A DNA stretch of 64,000 nucleotides from the human T2T-CHM13v2.0 reference genome, Homo sapiens. Position 1 is the first letter of the stretch, and each line of letters opens with the position of its first letter. Positions 16,780 through 29,902 of this stretch are shown one piece after another. A model generated the notes under the pieces. The model was not told the origin of the DNA. It made no database searches and was given only the letters and a program-made list of their open reading frames with translations. The translations under genes were made by a program, and so were the position numbers. The stretch is taken from the NCBI RefSeq assembly GCF_009914755.1, contig NC_060926.1; one strand, 5' to 3'.

Positions 16780-19151
16780 TTGACAGAGATGCAGAAGTAC
16801 TTCAATGGAGAAAAGACAACCTTTTCAGCAAATGATGCTGGAATAATTGGACATCCATAGGCAAAACAAACAAAAAGACCTTGGGAGAAGTCTCATGCTT
16901 TATATGTAAAAACAAAACAAAACAAAACAAACAAAAAACAAAAACCTCCAAATAAATTCATGGACTTCAATGTAAAATATAAAACTAAAATAGTTTTGAT
17001 TTAAAAAAAAACCCTAGAAGAAAATATTCAGGATCTAGAGGTTGGCAGAGTTCTTAGCCTTGGTACTAAAAGCACAATTCATGAGAAAAAGTTGAACAAT
17101 TGAACTTGATGAAAATTAAAAACTTTTACTCTGTTAAAGCCCCCATTAATGGGTGAAAACACAGAGTGGGTAAAAATTCTTGCAAAGTACATATCTGACA
17201 AAAAGCTAGTGTGCAGAATATATTAACTGCTCTTAAAAGTCAATGGGAAAATAACAATCTGATTAGAAAATGGGCCAAAGATATGAAGAGAAATTTCATT
17301 GGTGAAAATACACAGATATAATTAAGCACATGAAAAAATGTTCAACCTTATAAGCCATTAGAGAAATGCAAACTAAAACCACAATGAGATATCTCTATAC
17401 ACATATCAAGGTGGCTAAAATAAGAAAATAGTGATAAATCATGGCAAGGATACCAAAAAAACTCATCACTCACATATTGCTGTCACTCTGGAAAATAGTT
17501 TAGCAATTTTTTAAAGAAAACTGAACGTGCAACCAGAAGCTGCACTACTCTGCTTTATCTCCAAGAAATGAAGACCTATGTTCACACAAAAACCTGGACT
17601 TGGATGTTTATAGCAGCTTTATTTATAATAGCTCCAAACCAGAAAATATCCAGATATTCTTTAACAGGTAAAGGGTTAAATAAATATGGTATTTCCATAC
17701 TCTGGAATACTCAGTAATAAAAAGGAATAAACTCATGATACACAGAACAACATGGATGAATGTAAAGATAATTATCCTAAGTGAAGAAGAGTCCTTCTCA
17801 AAAGGTTGCATAGTGTAATTTCTTTTACACAGCATTTTTGAATTGGCAAAATTATAAAAATGGAGAAGAGATTAGTGGTTAACAGGTGCTAAAGAAGTGG
17901 TCCAGGTGAAAGGAGAGTAGGTTTGGCTACAAAAGAGCTACATGAAATTTCGTGTGTTGATGAAAATATTGTGTATTTAACTGTATTCATGTCATTATCC
18001 TGTTTGTGATATTGTATCTTTCAATATGTTACCATTAGGGAAACTGGATTAGGGTACAAGAAATCTGTCTGCATTATTTCTTGATGATTACAAGTAAATT
18101 TACAATTATCTTAATTAAATTAAGTAAATTAATTGAAAGCTTAATTAGAAAGAACACAACACAGGACTTATGAGATAAACAGGTTGAGACACAACACTCC
18201 AAAACTTAGTAACATATAATAAAGATAGGAACCTAATTAAAATAGTAGCAGTTTTACACATTTTAAGTGGTCACGAAATACATAAACTCTGTGATAAATA
18301 TTACATTTCATCTTAAAAAAGACAATCCCTTAAAGCCTAAAGAATTCTGTGCTTACTCAACCACTAGGAAAGGTTTAATAATATCATTAATATGGTTTTT
18401 GTAATTTCAAAACTATTACTAAGTTCTTATGTGCTTTTATGGGAAGAAAAACATGAGTCAACTTTTTAAATATCTTAACTGTACAATTTTTTTAGATAGG
18501 TTATAGGAATAATCAATAATATATTATAAACTTACACTAGGATGAAATCTAGTTCTTATATAATCTTGTCATTTATTCAGTTGATTTGGTCTGTCATGAG
18601 GTAGAGAATTGTAACAACTTTTTGAGTACGAGACTGTTATACATTCAGAGTAAAATAATTTGGATTTTTAAAGCATTTTTTTTACAGACTCTGTAGAGAC
18701 TTGACAAAAATGGGAAAATGTAAGTATCTTAGCTTCATTTTAAGCTGATCTTTGTAAAGTGGAGTTCTTCCAAAGTAAGCATTTATACTACCATTTTGAG
18801 GAAAATGTAATATTGAAATCTGTATGACTGTGCATAAACTTAATCCATGTGTGCCTATGTTTAGCAACCAGCTAGAGAATTAATATCCATCCCTTCTCTA
18901 GTGATAAAGACTCCAATTTTTTACAACATTGTAAAGCCTTCTTAACTAAATCATGGTTATGATAATAAATTCATATCTTGAAGGGCTTAAACTCAAGAGA
19001 ATAAAAAACTTAATAATGAAAGTTAATGGATTACAATCCATTTAAACTGTGCATTCAGAAAGACTTTGTTTCATTGGGGAGCTTTCTCTAGGTTAATAAA
19101 TGAGAATCTTTTGTCCTGCATGTAAAAAATAACCCTGGATAACCACACAAG

Positions 19152-19797
19152 CAAGGTCAGCTCACTGATCAAAATACTAACAGGGAAGTTATGGACATGA
19201 GGTGCTTTAAGGGCACTTTATCTCCAGACCTGGACCATGACCTTGACACAGGACATTTTTTTCCCTCTCTTACAAAATAGCTATTTACAGTGAGTTTGTT
19301 TTTGAATGACTCATTTGAGAAAAGAAGTAGCTTTTCACACCTAAAGATGAAAAATACCTGTAAGGGAAAAATGTCAAGTTACTCCCTCATCTACTTATTG
19401 TTTGTGGGTCTCAAAAACACAAGCCACTTTGATGGTGGGATTAAATGAGTCAGGAAACACAGGATTTGGCCATGAGTCACTTAAGCTGGGTTTTGGAGTT
19501 AGGTCCCGTAAACCCCAAGAGATCCTCTTTGTTCCATAGGCACACCAACTGCCTTACTGCTTTAGAATGCTCTGAAGGTGATTTAACTGACCCGTACCAA
19601 ACTGACCAGCCACTCTGAACTGGGTGCCCTGACCCAGGTGCGTGTCTAAAGATGCACGTAGGACGAGTTAGAAATTAGGAATTGTGAATAAGAAATACAT
19701 AAATTGGGAAAATGGACAAGGTCTCACTCAAGAGGTGGAACTGGAAGGGAAAACTGTGACTCCCCTGAAAGAAAATAGCCATGAGTTAGGCGGAAGT
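19152..19797. promoter_or_regulatory. Candidate enhancer (AP-1 x3, ERR/NR5A, ETS, HRE/XRE cores)
   Basis: TGASTCA at 19307, 19446 and 19473. TGACCTTGA at 19238, CAAGGTCA at 19152, GGCGGAAGT at about 19789. Motif evidence only. Confidence 0.45.
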
Positions 19798-19889
19798 CTG
19801 GGAGACAGGACCAATCTGCATATTAGACCCTAGAGGCAGAGAGAGCAGGGGTTATGGCAAAGTGTAAGGCTGTGTCTGGCCATTAGAGG

Positions 19890-19911
19890 ACACACACACA
19901 CACACACACAC
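19890..19911. repeat. (CA)n microsatellite
   Basis: Direct reading. Confidence 0.9.
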
Positions 19912-20537
19912 CCCTCCCAGTCCCAATCCTGAGTATGTAGCTTTGGGAAAGGGAAGACCATGACACATGGCAAAGAGCTACATCACTGTGAGCCAGTGAT
20001 GGGCAGTGCAACAATGTTGTGTAGTGCAACGTCCTTTAGAAAGAGCTGGTTTTAAAAGTGAAGAAGAAAAAAATAACAACAGTAGAATATCAGCACTTAA
20101 AAAATCTACCATGACAGAGGTAGTGGTAATAGCAAAGATGACCCTAAACATATCTGATTTTATGCATAGGTGGTATAAATCTCAAGCCACATAATTCAGG
20201 TATATTGAGAATGATAACTTGTTCTATTACTCAATTTTATATTTTACATCCTCGTTCAGCCGGAATGGAAGAAATTGAAATAATAATTTATCAGGGTCTT
20301 TCTTGATCCATGCATCTGTGTTCAAGTTGCAGGAGCCTAATGAACTGCCAAAGGGTCATTTCTAGTTATTTCTTCACTCCTGTGGAATGCCAGGTCATAA
20401 TTTATTGTTCTTTAACTAGCCCTTTTGTGCCCCAGAGCTCTCAGTGACACATTAGTGACATACTTGGGGTCACAGGGATTAGTTTGCCATGCTCTGCTTT
20501 CCTGGGAGAGCAGAAACCTCACTGAGGATGCCTGAAA

Positions 20538-20662
20538 CATAGAGATAGATTGATGTAGATAGACAGATAGATAGATAGATAGATAAGCAGATAGATTGGC
20601 AGATAGATAATAGATAGATGATAGATAGGTAGATAGATAAATAGATCAGCAGGTAGATTGGG

Positions 20663-20721
<59 letters not shown>

Positions 20722-20746
20722 TGGCAGGTAGTTAGACAGATAGATA
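20538..20746. repeat. Complex (GATA)n tetranucleotide STR
   Basis: About 200 bp of GATA/GACA/GGTA variants with a pure run at about 20664-20711. Confidence 0.97.
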
Positions 20747-21489
20747 ATGACTCTGTCATATGAGTGAGACTTCCAGCTCATAGTGATAATGACGCTCAAG
20801 AGTACCGAGTTCTGAATTACCTTGCATGCTGTAGTAGTATACTACTGGATGAAGCTGAGAAGAGATCACATCCATTTTAACCCATTATTTAAGATCTTGG
20901 AGTGACTGCCATGGTGTCCTCACAACCCAGTAAATGCTCATCTTGTAGAACTTTCTACAGTATGGCCATTGAAATGCTACTTAGCACAGATCCAGGTGGT
21001 CAGAAATCCTAAAATGTGAGAGACACATAACTTTGTTATTAATAATAATGTTAAATAAACTCGGTCGATACTTGACCGAAGGCTATGGAGCATTAAACAA
21101 ATGTAGATCAAAAGCACCTAGAGGCTTCATGTATATCTAATTTTTCTTTTTAGGTGCTCTTTCTAGTAACCATAAGACAACTAATATTTAAGATAGTATT
21201 TATTAAAACTAAAAACAAATAGCTGTATATTATATCAATAAGGTATTTCCATTTAGTTTGCTCAACACTTGTGCATATGGCAACAATTAAAGCTAAATAT
21301 GCAATAGTAGTTGTATAAAGTAGTTAGGTTTACTTGTTTATAACTCTTTTAGGTATACAAGTTAGTGTTAGGGAAACAACTCAATCCCTATAGGAAACTC
21401 AAGGTTTCCTACTGCATCTAAGAAAGAGCAAAACTGGTAGGAAACAGGGCAAAAATACTTTAATATCCTCTATAATAGTATCAAACAAT

Positions 21490-21650
21490 TATTATGTGTC
21501 AAGTTTTATTCAACATGTAACTCATTTAATCTTTAATGAGTAATAGACTTATTATCTTCATTTACAGATAAGGAAACTGAGGCACTGAGAGGCTGAATAG
21601 CTTGTCCAAGTCAGTGGATGAGCCAAGATTTACAACCTGGCAGACTGCTG
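21490..21650 (-). mobile_element. MIR
   Basis: 'catttacagataaggaaactgaggcactgagagg...cttgtccaag'. Confidence 0.85.
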
Positions 21651-22159
21651 TAGTCTATGAACTTACCTTCTTCCCTCCACACCCCAGATACTCCAGTTTC
21701 CTTGGATCTTGTAGTTAACATGACTTCAAAGGCACTAGGGCTTCAAAGTGGCATTTAAATTTAAGAATAGTCAAAGGTAATAGTTGCAGTGTTGAGTCAA
21801 ATTATTAGAGATTTTAAATAAATTTGTTTACTTATTTGTAATAATGAAAATATTAATTTGTTCAATTGATTGAAGACTTCACATATCAGGATATATTATT
21901 TAGGTATGTATAGTTGCTGAACATTTTTTTATGGCCTTGTCTAAAGAATTTCTCCCTTCTTAGTGACTAGTTGTGGTCAATTTGTACCTGAGTTTATGAT
22001 AATTTCCAAAGCATCATATGGAAATATGAAGTTCAAGACATTAATTGGGGTCTTTAGGCAAAACCAAAAATGTAAGTTTAATTTACTTTCCTAAAGAAAT
22101 CCACAGATCAAATCTTCCAATCATATATAATTTTAGAAAACGTGGTATGTGGTATGGAG

Positions 22160-22270
22160 TGAAATTTTGAGTCAGTAGACTAGAATATGTGTTTGCTTGC
22201 AGTGTGAACTTGGGAAAGCTACTTAACTTCTCTAACCCTTAATTTCCTAATTGTAAAATACAAATAAAAA
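22160..22270 (+). mobile_element. MIR (left part; resumes at about 22905-22990 after two Alus)
   Basis: 'tgtgaacttgggaaagctacttaacttctct...tgtaaaat', later 'gagataaatgagataa'. Confidence 0.7.
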
Positions 22271-22280
22271 CGTGAGTCAG

Positions 22281-22585
22281 GGCCAGGTGCGGTGGCTCAC
22301 GTCTGTAATCCCAGCACTTTGGAAGGCCGAGGCGGGCGGATCACGAGGTCAGGAGATCGAGACCATCCTGGCTAATACGGTGAAACCCCGTCTCTGCTAA
22401 AAAAATACAAAAAAATTAGCCGGGCGTGTGGCGGGCGCCTGTAGTCTCAGCTACTCGGGAGGCTGAGGCAGGAGAATGGCGGGAACCCAGGAGGCGGAGC
22501 TTGCGGTGAGCCGAGATCCCGCCACTGCACTCCAGCCTGGATGACAGAGCGAGACTCCGTCTCAAAAAAAAAAAAAAAAAAAAAA
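22281..22585 (+). mobile_element. AluY
   Basis: CpG-rich AluY with poly-A. TSD aaaa(c/t)gtgagtcag at 22267-22280 and 22586-22599. Confidence 0.97.
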
Positions 22586-22594
22586 AAAATGTGA

Positions 22595-22901
22595 GTCAGA
22601 TGAGTTGGCTCACACCCATAATCCCAGCACTTTGGGAGGCTGAGGAAGGTGGATTGCTTGAGTCCAGGAGTTCGAGACCAGCCTGGGCAACATAGGGAGA
22701 CTTTGTCTCTACAAAAAGTTATCCAGGCATGGTGGCATGCACCTGTGTTCCAAGCTATTCAGGAGGCTGAGTTGGGAGAATTGCTTGAGCCTGGGAGCTC
22801 GAAGTTGCAGTGGGCCATGATGGCACCACTGCACACCAGCCTGGGCAACAGACTGAGACCTTGTTTTTTTTGTTTTGTTTTTTTTTTTGTTTTTGTTTTT
22901 T
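22595..22901 (+). mobile_element. AluJ with a T-rich tract in place of the A-tail
   Basis: AluJ body to 'gagaccttgt', then a T/G tract at 22864-22901. Confidence 0.92.
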
Positions 22902-23134
22902 AAATGTCTATATAGGTCTCTGTGGAGATAAATGAGATAAAATACAAAGGCATCCTGAAAAATGGTGGTACCTGCTCAAGTAATATTAGCTACTATCCCT
23001 ATTTGAGCAAGAACATTGTAATGGCACCTAGAAAAATGTTTTGTCGTCAAATCACTGAGGTCAGCCAATAAGGTATCTTTTGGGCCTGAAAAGTTCTTGT
23101 CATGACTCTCATGAATTGCAGAAAAGTATACCCT

Positions 23135-23360
23135 CTTTGGTCAGAGTGCCTGGATTTAAATCCTGTATCTGCCACTTACTAGCTTGTGATTCTGGGCAAG
23201 TTGCTTAATGTCTCTGTATTTCTGTTTGCTCACTTATATAATTTGTGTAATAATAGTACTCTCATTGGTTGTTATGAAGATAAAATAAGTTAATATTTAT
23301 AGATTTCGCACAGCAGTGATTTACACACAATTACTACTACATAGGTGTTTGTTAAGTAAA
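23135..23360 (+). mobile_element. MIR
   Basis: 'cctggatttaaatcctgtatctgccacttactagc...gggcaagttgcttaa'. Confidence 0.88.
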
Positions 23361-23645
23361 TACCTTCACAATGTCTTGCTCATTTAAACTCTAATAATGG
23401 TATTAGACTGTATGGTTTATTTAGTCACATACATTTCTGGCATTTTTTGGTTTATGGCTCAAATAGAAAATTATATCATACCTTGTAGAGGTAAGCAGAA
23501 GTACAAGCTTTCGGATATTCTGCAAATATTATTTTACATAGCTGAATAGTTCACCTTCATGATGCTGACAAGTCTTGGTTGATTTATTATTTTTGGAATG
23601 TGGTGTCCATTGTGTATTTAAACTGAAATAATACAAGTAAAATTG

Positions 23646-23692
23646 TGAATTTGTTATATATTCTCAATTTTGAATTTGTTATATATTCTCAA
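23646..23692. repeat. Tandem duplication, 25-bp period
   Basis: tgaatttgttatatattctcaa at 23646-23667 and 23671-23692. Confidence 0.93.
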
Positions 23693-23798
23693 AGATGTCT
23701 GACATTATATATCATCCACATAATAATTTGAGTTCATACACGAAGGAGAAAGCCTGAATAAAAGTGCAGTTACCTTGGTGGTGAGTATTGTGATTATT

Positions 23799-23827
23799 AC
23801 ACACAAACACACACACACACACACACA
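23799..23827. repeat. (CA)n microsatellite
   Basis: Direct reading. Confidence 0.9.
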
Positions 23828-25996
23828 TCTTATTTCTGTAATAATGGAGTATTATAGAAATAAGTAATCAAGGGTCCAAATCTGCAATTTCCTGCAATCG
23901 TCAAGATTCTTGCAAATCTGCAATCTGTTGCAAACCAATAAAATTGCTCCTCAAATATAAACCCCATTCTCCATGTTGGATTCAGAGATTCTAATCTTGT
24001 TTTTCATCCCAGTGTATGATTAGATGCTGGCTGATTGAGTTTCTCAGACAGTGATTAGACGCCTTGTCAAGGTTACAGTCAGTAACTCAAACACTCCATC
24101 TCGTATCATTTAGAGTTGGAAGGTGGTAGCTGCATTTATTTCTGTTAAGTGAGCATTGGAAATAAATGGCAGGGTTTACTTTCCAACTTAACGCTTTTGT
24201 GAAGGTGAATAATGGATAGCTAAAAGCACTGGTGATATCTTAACAAAAAAGAATGGGAACTTGGATTTAGCCTGCTCTATCTGTCTAAAATAATATTCCC
24301 TGTTTTTACCTGTTACTGACCTCTCAGTAGTACCCTATTCTGTAAGCTTATTTTTTGGCAAAAACAAAAAATGTCAGAATTAAAGAAGAGATCATTAAGT
24401 ATTTCTTCTGTGGAGTGTGAACCATGTCATATACATCCTTAATATATTTTGTCAGAAGGTAACATCTACTTTGAGAGTGAAATTTAAAAATAAATCTTTT
24501 AAGAATATAGTTATGAATGGAGGCTTAAAAGGAGTGCTTTCTAGATCAAACCGAAGTCCACAAAAATATGATGTGATGATAATATGTCTGGGCTTCAACA
24601 CAGAAAGAACAAGCATAGTTTCTTTGTAAGAAGTTACTGATGAGCATCACAATAACCAACTCAGGTGCATATGCCATCAAGAGAGAATACAGCTCTTTCT
24701 AGTTTCCTTGTAGAAAAATGGCCATTTTGTAAATAGCAAGAAATGACTTTCAAAACTTTGATGGAAAGAATGTGATCTCTGCCCGCTGCTATTCAGTAGT
24801 GATTCTCCTGACTTGTGTTGAACGGGGAGCAGGGTGGTTAAACATGACCAACCCATTGACTTTAAAGCACAACAAAATATGAGTTTTTAAACTGCCTACT
24901 CCCTTTGGCCACTCCTGCCTCTTGGTTTAACTATTGATCTCATTATCAAAATCAAGCTAAATTACCCTAGCTGCTAAGGTTTGTGAGAAAGCACAGCAAG
25001 GGAAAGGTTAGTGGAACCCATCTCTTGACTGCTGAATGCCTGGGGTCCTTTTACATGGCAGGATAATACATTGTTCCCTATGCTTTCGTTGCCACAATCC
25101 TACTGTTCTGCAACCCAGTATATAATTTTTAAATCTATCTCATTATTAGCACATTTCGATAAAGTTCAAATTTGTATAGACTCAAAGCCATTAACATTTT
25201 GTAGCACATTCTGGGTGGCACATTTCTCATTCAGAAAAATGTCTACAGAGGAACGCTTTTCTGATAAATTACACTCCTTGGTTCATCATTTAAAACTTGA
25301 GACATCCACCTGCATATACATCTTATTTAAAGTGTCAAAAGAGGGCAAAAAATTGCACTGACATAAAGAGCCTTGTTACTTAAACTTCAGGGATCACTGC
25401 ATCCATTTTCCTTTTTCTCTGTTAACCGTTTTTTCCCCTACTTTTCTCTCTGTTCATTCTTTTTCAAATGGGAACCAATAAGGAGACAGAGAGAATGGGT
25501 AAGTGTCTTTTAAAACATAGTATTTAAACCCAATATTTGAAGGAAAAATATCAAAATGATTTGTTCACGCATAAAGAGGGCAACCTAGAAATTATCTAGA
25601 TACTTAGAAGCATTCTTTTGCAGATTCATAGCATTGCAAAATAATAAAATTATCTTCAGATAGATAAAGCTGAAAAAAACAATCGAAGTATTTTTATTTA
25701 TATAGGAAGACCCAATAAAACCGTTAAGGTCTGGAGAGGTATTTTTGGAATTTGAAAATTGAATGTTTATATCTTTTACTACTGTTTAGGGATTTGTTAT
25801 GGAATAAATTATAAAAGAACATCAATGTCATGTGGCTTAGTAGAGGCACTGTATAATTGCTTGCTTTATATACATCTGGGTATATTTTGGAATATAATGG
25901 ATAATCATCTCCAAAGTGTCATGGGAAAGGCTCTGCTGAATGACTCCATTTTCTTATTTTGATACTGTACAAGTTACCACTTGAGATTTATTGTCT

Positions 25997-26157
25997 TAGT
26001 GGTTCTCAAACTTTGCTGGACTCTAATTTGCTTAGGAGGCTTGTTAACAAGGATGCCCAGAGCTCAAATGCAGAAGAGCCTGGGATACAGTCTTGACTTC
26101 TGCAATCTTATACACTTCTTATATGATTCTGATGGACACTAAATTTGGGAAATATTG
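25997..26157. mobile_element. MER5-type hAT-Charlie MITE
   Basis: Decayed terminal inverted repeats (TIRs) 'tagtggttctcaaa' and 'tttgggaaatattg'. Internal 'tgattctgatggacactaaa'. Confidence 0.7.
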
Positions 26158-26297
26158 AGTTCATGGAATTCTTCAGGGAATTTCTGTTAAACACAAATGT
26201 TTTTGGATATATTATCTTGTAGCACATTATCACATGCTAGATTTAATACTTTTTCTGATTTATTTCTGCCTCATAAGATGGTGCTCAGGAAAAAGAA

Positions 26298-26522
26298 CAG
26301 TGGTGTGTGATAAACTTGCTGGAAGGAGAGGCGGGCATTGGGGAATTGAGTGGGAGGATGGAGAAAACTTTGATTTAAAGCATTTGCCAATTCCTCTGCT
26401 GTAAATATTCTTATCATGGCTGACGTTAAGCTGCTAACGGATTGACAACCGCTCATGAAATATTGGAATATCTAACAATCATCCCTTGTGAGCCAATGAG
26501 ATTTGGCTTCTGCATTCCACTG
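26298..26522 (-). mobile_element. MER63-type hAT-Blackjack element
   Basis: TIRs 'cagtggtgtg' and 'cattccactg'. Internal 'tgtaaatattcttatcatggctga..aagctgctaac'. Confidence 0.75.
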
Positions 26523-29500
26523 AGACTATGAGTAATTATTTTTCAGAAGAAGGGAAGATAGGCTCTGACAATATGGTCTAAGGTCAATAAAGTGAGGCCA
26601 GAATGTGATGCTGTGTTGAAGACACCTAGGGAAGGACTATGGTTAAAAAAAACACATACACACAAGAAGGGAACTGTGTTTTAAACAGGGTTTTATTTGG
26701 GGCATGGTTCTCTGGGCCTTTTGAGAAGGCTGTATGGATGGGGAAACTCCAGGAGGATGGCTGAGGTCAGGAGTCAGGTTAATGGTTTTGTGTAGGCAGC
26801 CAGAAAAGAGGCATTTTAGCGAAGAGTAGATGAGCCATTAACCAGAAACCTAACGGGCAAAAAATAAAAAAATAAAAATAAAGAAGTAGATCAGTCAAGA
26901 TGCCAAAGCCAGAGGATGTAGAGAGCTAAAGTCTCTTGGGCAGACAAAGGCATGCAAAGATAAGACAAGTTACAGATGAGACTGAATGCCAATTCAGGGC
27001 AAATATCAGGAGCCCAGAGACTAATTGTGCGCTACATTTTTGCAGTGTTAAGAACAAAGGATCTGTTAACAGAGAAGAGCTGTGTGGATAACTAAAACCA
27101 CTGAAATACAGAGATAAAATCCATATAAAGGGGAAACTCAAATTATCTTAACTAGAGTGATGACTTCCTAAACTGCAATATCAGTGTCATGGTGTGAACT
27201 TTCTGACATACACTAAGGATACCTCTTCAATTCTTATGTCTGTGACTTGGAAGCCACTTTTTGATGAAAGATTTTCCTTGTGGTTTAATATTTGAGGTTC
27301 CTTTTTCAAATACTATATCAAAAAATAGCTGCACAGCTTCCTGAAATAACACTAACATAACATTCTCTGTTAGGGATCTTCAATTAATTTATTAGCCTTA
27401 TACTCACAGGGGCAGATCCTTGGAATGTGTATGAGCTTTTGTTCTTTCATCTGAGAGTCACTTATAGAACATGAAGGATTATTACTTTCTCTACTTCCCA
27501 GTCCCCTCAGGATGAAGAAGTGAGCCCTCTTATCCCAGGCAGAAAAATGAAGGATCAATGATTCATGACATCTTAAAAGTATCATAGGGGTTCATGAACA
27601 TGATGGGAGGACAAACAGTTTTCCTTTTTCTCAAAGAAATGCCTGTTATAACTGTATAAAAAACTGATATAATATGTTAGGATAAAGATACTATTTCAAG
27701 AAGCAATTTGCCTCTTTGTTATAATGAGAATAAGTCCATATAATGAATTATAAGGAAAAGGAAATAGAGCTGATTTTTATCCACAGAAACAAATGTTGAA
27801 TGAATAGCCTTATTACGAATGTATACTCATTTTTTTATTTGATTTTGTCCAAATGGTTTCTCACCCTGACACTCATCTTTCAATATGATCCAGCATAAGG
27901 ATTTAGAGACAAACAGTAATGTCTCTTATTGGTTTTGTATGTGAGCTGCTTCCCCAAACCAAATTGCTTCATGAAAAAGAATAGGAGATTTGATATCACA
28001 GAATTAAGAGGAATATGCTATTTACAACTGCCAGCCTTGAGAATCTCAGATCAAAAGCCAATCTAAAACAATACCTTGAGATATTAAGGCAGGGTGTTTT
28101 ACACCATACATTCCAAGAACATACTTTATTTTCCACAGCTTTCCTCTGTCCTTTAATTTGGATCCTACTAATTTAATTTGTGTAATGATCATGACAAGGG
28201 TTGGGTTAGAATGAAATCTTTCATTTACAATAATTTAACAATAGTCAGAAACAGCATAGTACAAAGAAATTTTGTTTGCCTGATAATCATAAAATAATAA
28301 TATGAAAAGGTAATGTACTTTAAGCTTCTTGGTAATCAGAGGAAAAGAAAACATTATTGATTGTATGATTAGTATCAGAAGTGAGAAAGCACACCAATTT
28401 TTCAGATAAAATATTATTTTCTCCTTGAATTCTAAATTAATTTATATGAGAGATACTGAATACCATCACAATTTAAGCCCCTCAATAATTATAGTAAAGG
28501 TAGTATGCCCTTAGGTTGATAATTCCACAAAAGACGAATCATGTAGTTCACACACATGGCTTTGTATTCAAACAGCGGATCTTAGTACTCTGCAAAAATC
28601 AAATTCTATAATAACTGCCAAAGTTATAATAGATAATAGTCTCCTAATTTCTTCATTCTTGATGGGTTCTCTTTTTTAAAAATAAAAAGCAAAATCTATT
28701 AGCTGGTGATCTTAGTATATGAGCACCTGTATACATAAGAATAGCATCTTTTGACATTATTGTACAAGGGGATGACAAAAGACAGCTTTACTTCCTCTCG
28801 AGTTTGCCCTATATGAAAATCTATCTACTTTTCCAGAAAAGTTGTATTGGAGTTCATCAAAGCCATTAGAATTGACATGTAAACATATCAGTGAATTTTT
28901 ATGCATGTTAAAGACAATAATGCTTTAATCATATTATTTTACAATCAAAGAATTATACCAATTGCAGGTAACAGACTTATATATCACTACAAGCATTCCG
29001 TTTTTTTTTTTCCAGAAGTACATCAAAGAGGTAATCTTTGTGTTCAGAATAGCATAATTGTAACTTAAATTAATTTTCTCAAGGAGAAAATAAAAATAAT
29101 TACAGAGAATGAGACGGATTCAGTTGTTTTGCAAATAACATTTGCAGTTATTTAAGAAAGGACTTTTTTGAAAAAAATTATGTGAGTTAAAAATGACTAT
29201 AGATAATGGCTGTAGTGTTCTTACAGTTTCTAAATACTATATTTTAAATCTATCATCAGTTGTAGATAATTGTTTGAAAGATAAAGACACAGTTCCTAAC
29301 TATGAAACAGAAAAAGTGATGATTTTTATAAAATTTGAAACTTTTTTAGAGACCAAAAATCTGAATATCTGAAAGAGAAGATTTGAGCTTCTATCATCTT
29401 GGAGGTCTTTTTCTAGAAATATCTTTGGGTTTGTGCTGACTAGAGGAGACAATAAGTATAACCCCACCTTGCAGTGACCAGATTGAACAGTTTAAATCCT

Positions 29501-29902
29501 ACCTATTAACAAATGAAGGCTACTGTGAAATAATAACAATACATGTGAATAAAATCGTAACAGCACACTAAATGAGTTCTTTTAGGAGGAAATAGTTCTG
29601 TGAGCAGACGCTAAATCAACAATGATTATATTATCCTAAAAGTGTCTATCAACAGCTCTTTTTAGGTTACTGTAACGTCCTGAACAATATAGCAAAATAT
29701 GCTGAAAAGTAAAAGAGTAAGATTAAAAATATATTTTAAAACAAAACCCCGAAATCCTGAATTCTGACCTTGTCACTGAAAAAGAAATTGAACTAGATAG
29801 ATTGAACTAAACACTATTATTCTATTAATTTGCATTTGAGATCAAATATTCATAGTTGTATATGGATGTAAATCTGTCTCAATAGCCAATAAAGAAACTA
29901 GA

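Noticed and set aside
22281-22560. CpG-rich stretch as a CpG island
   Set aside because: Fully explained by a young AluY. The same applies to 6143-6421 and 15582-15860.
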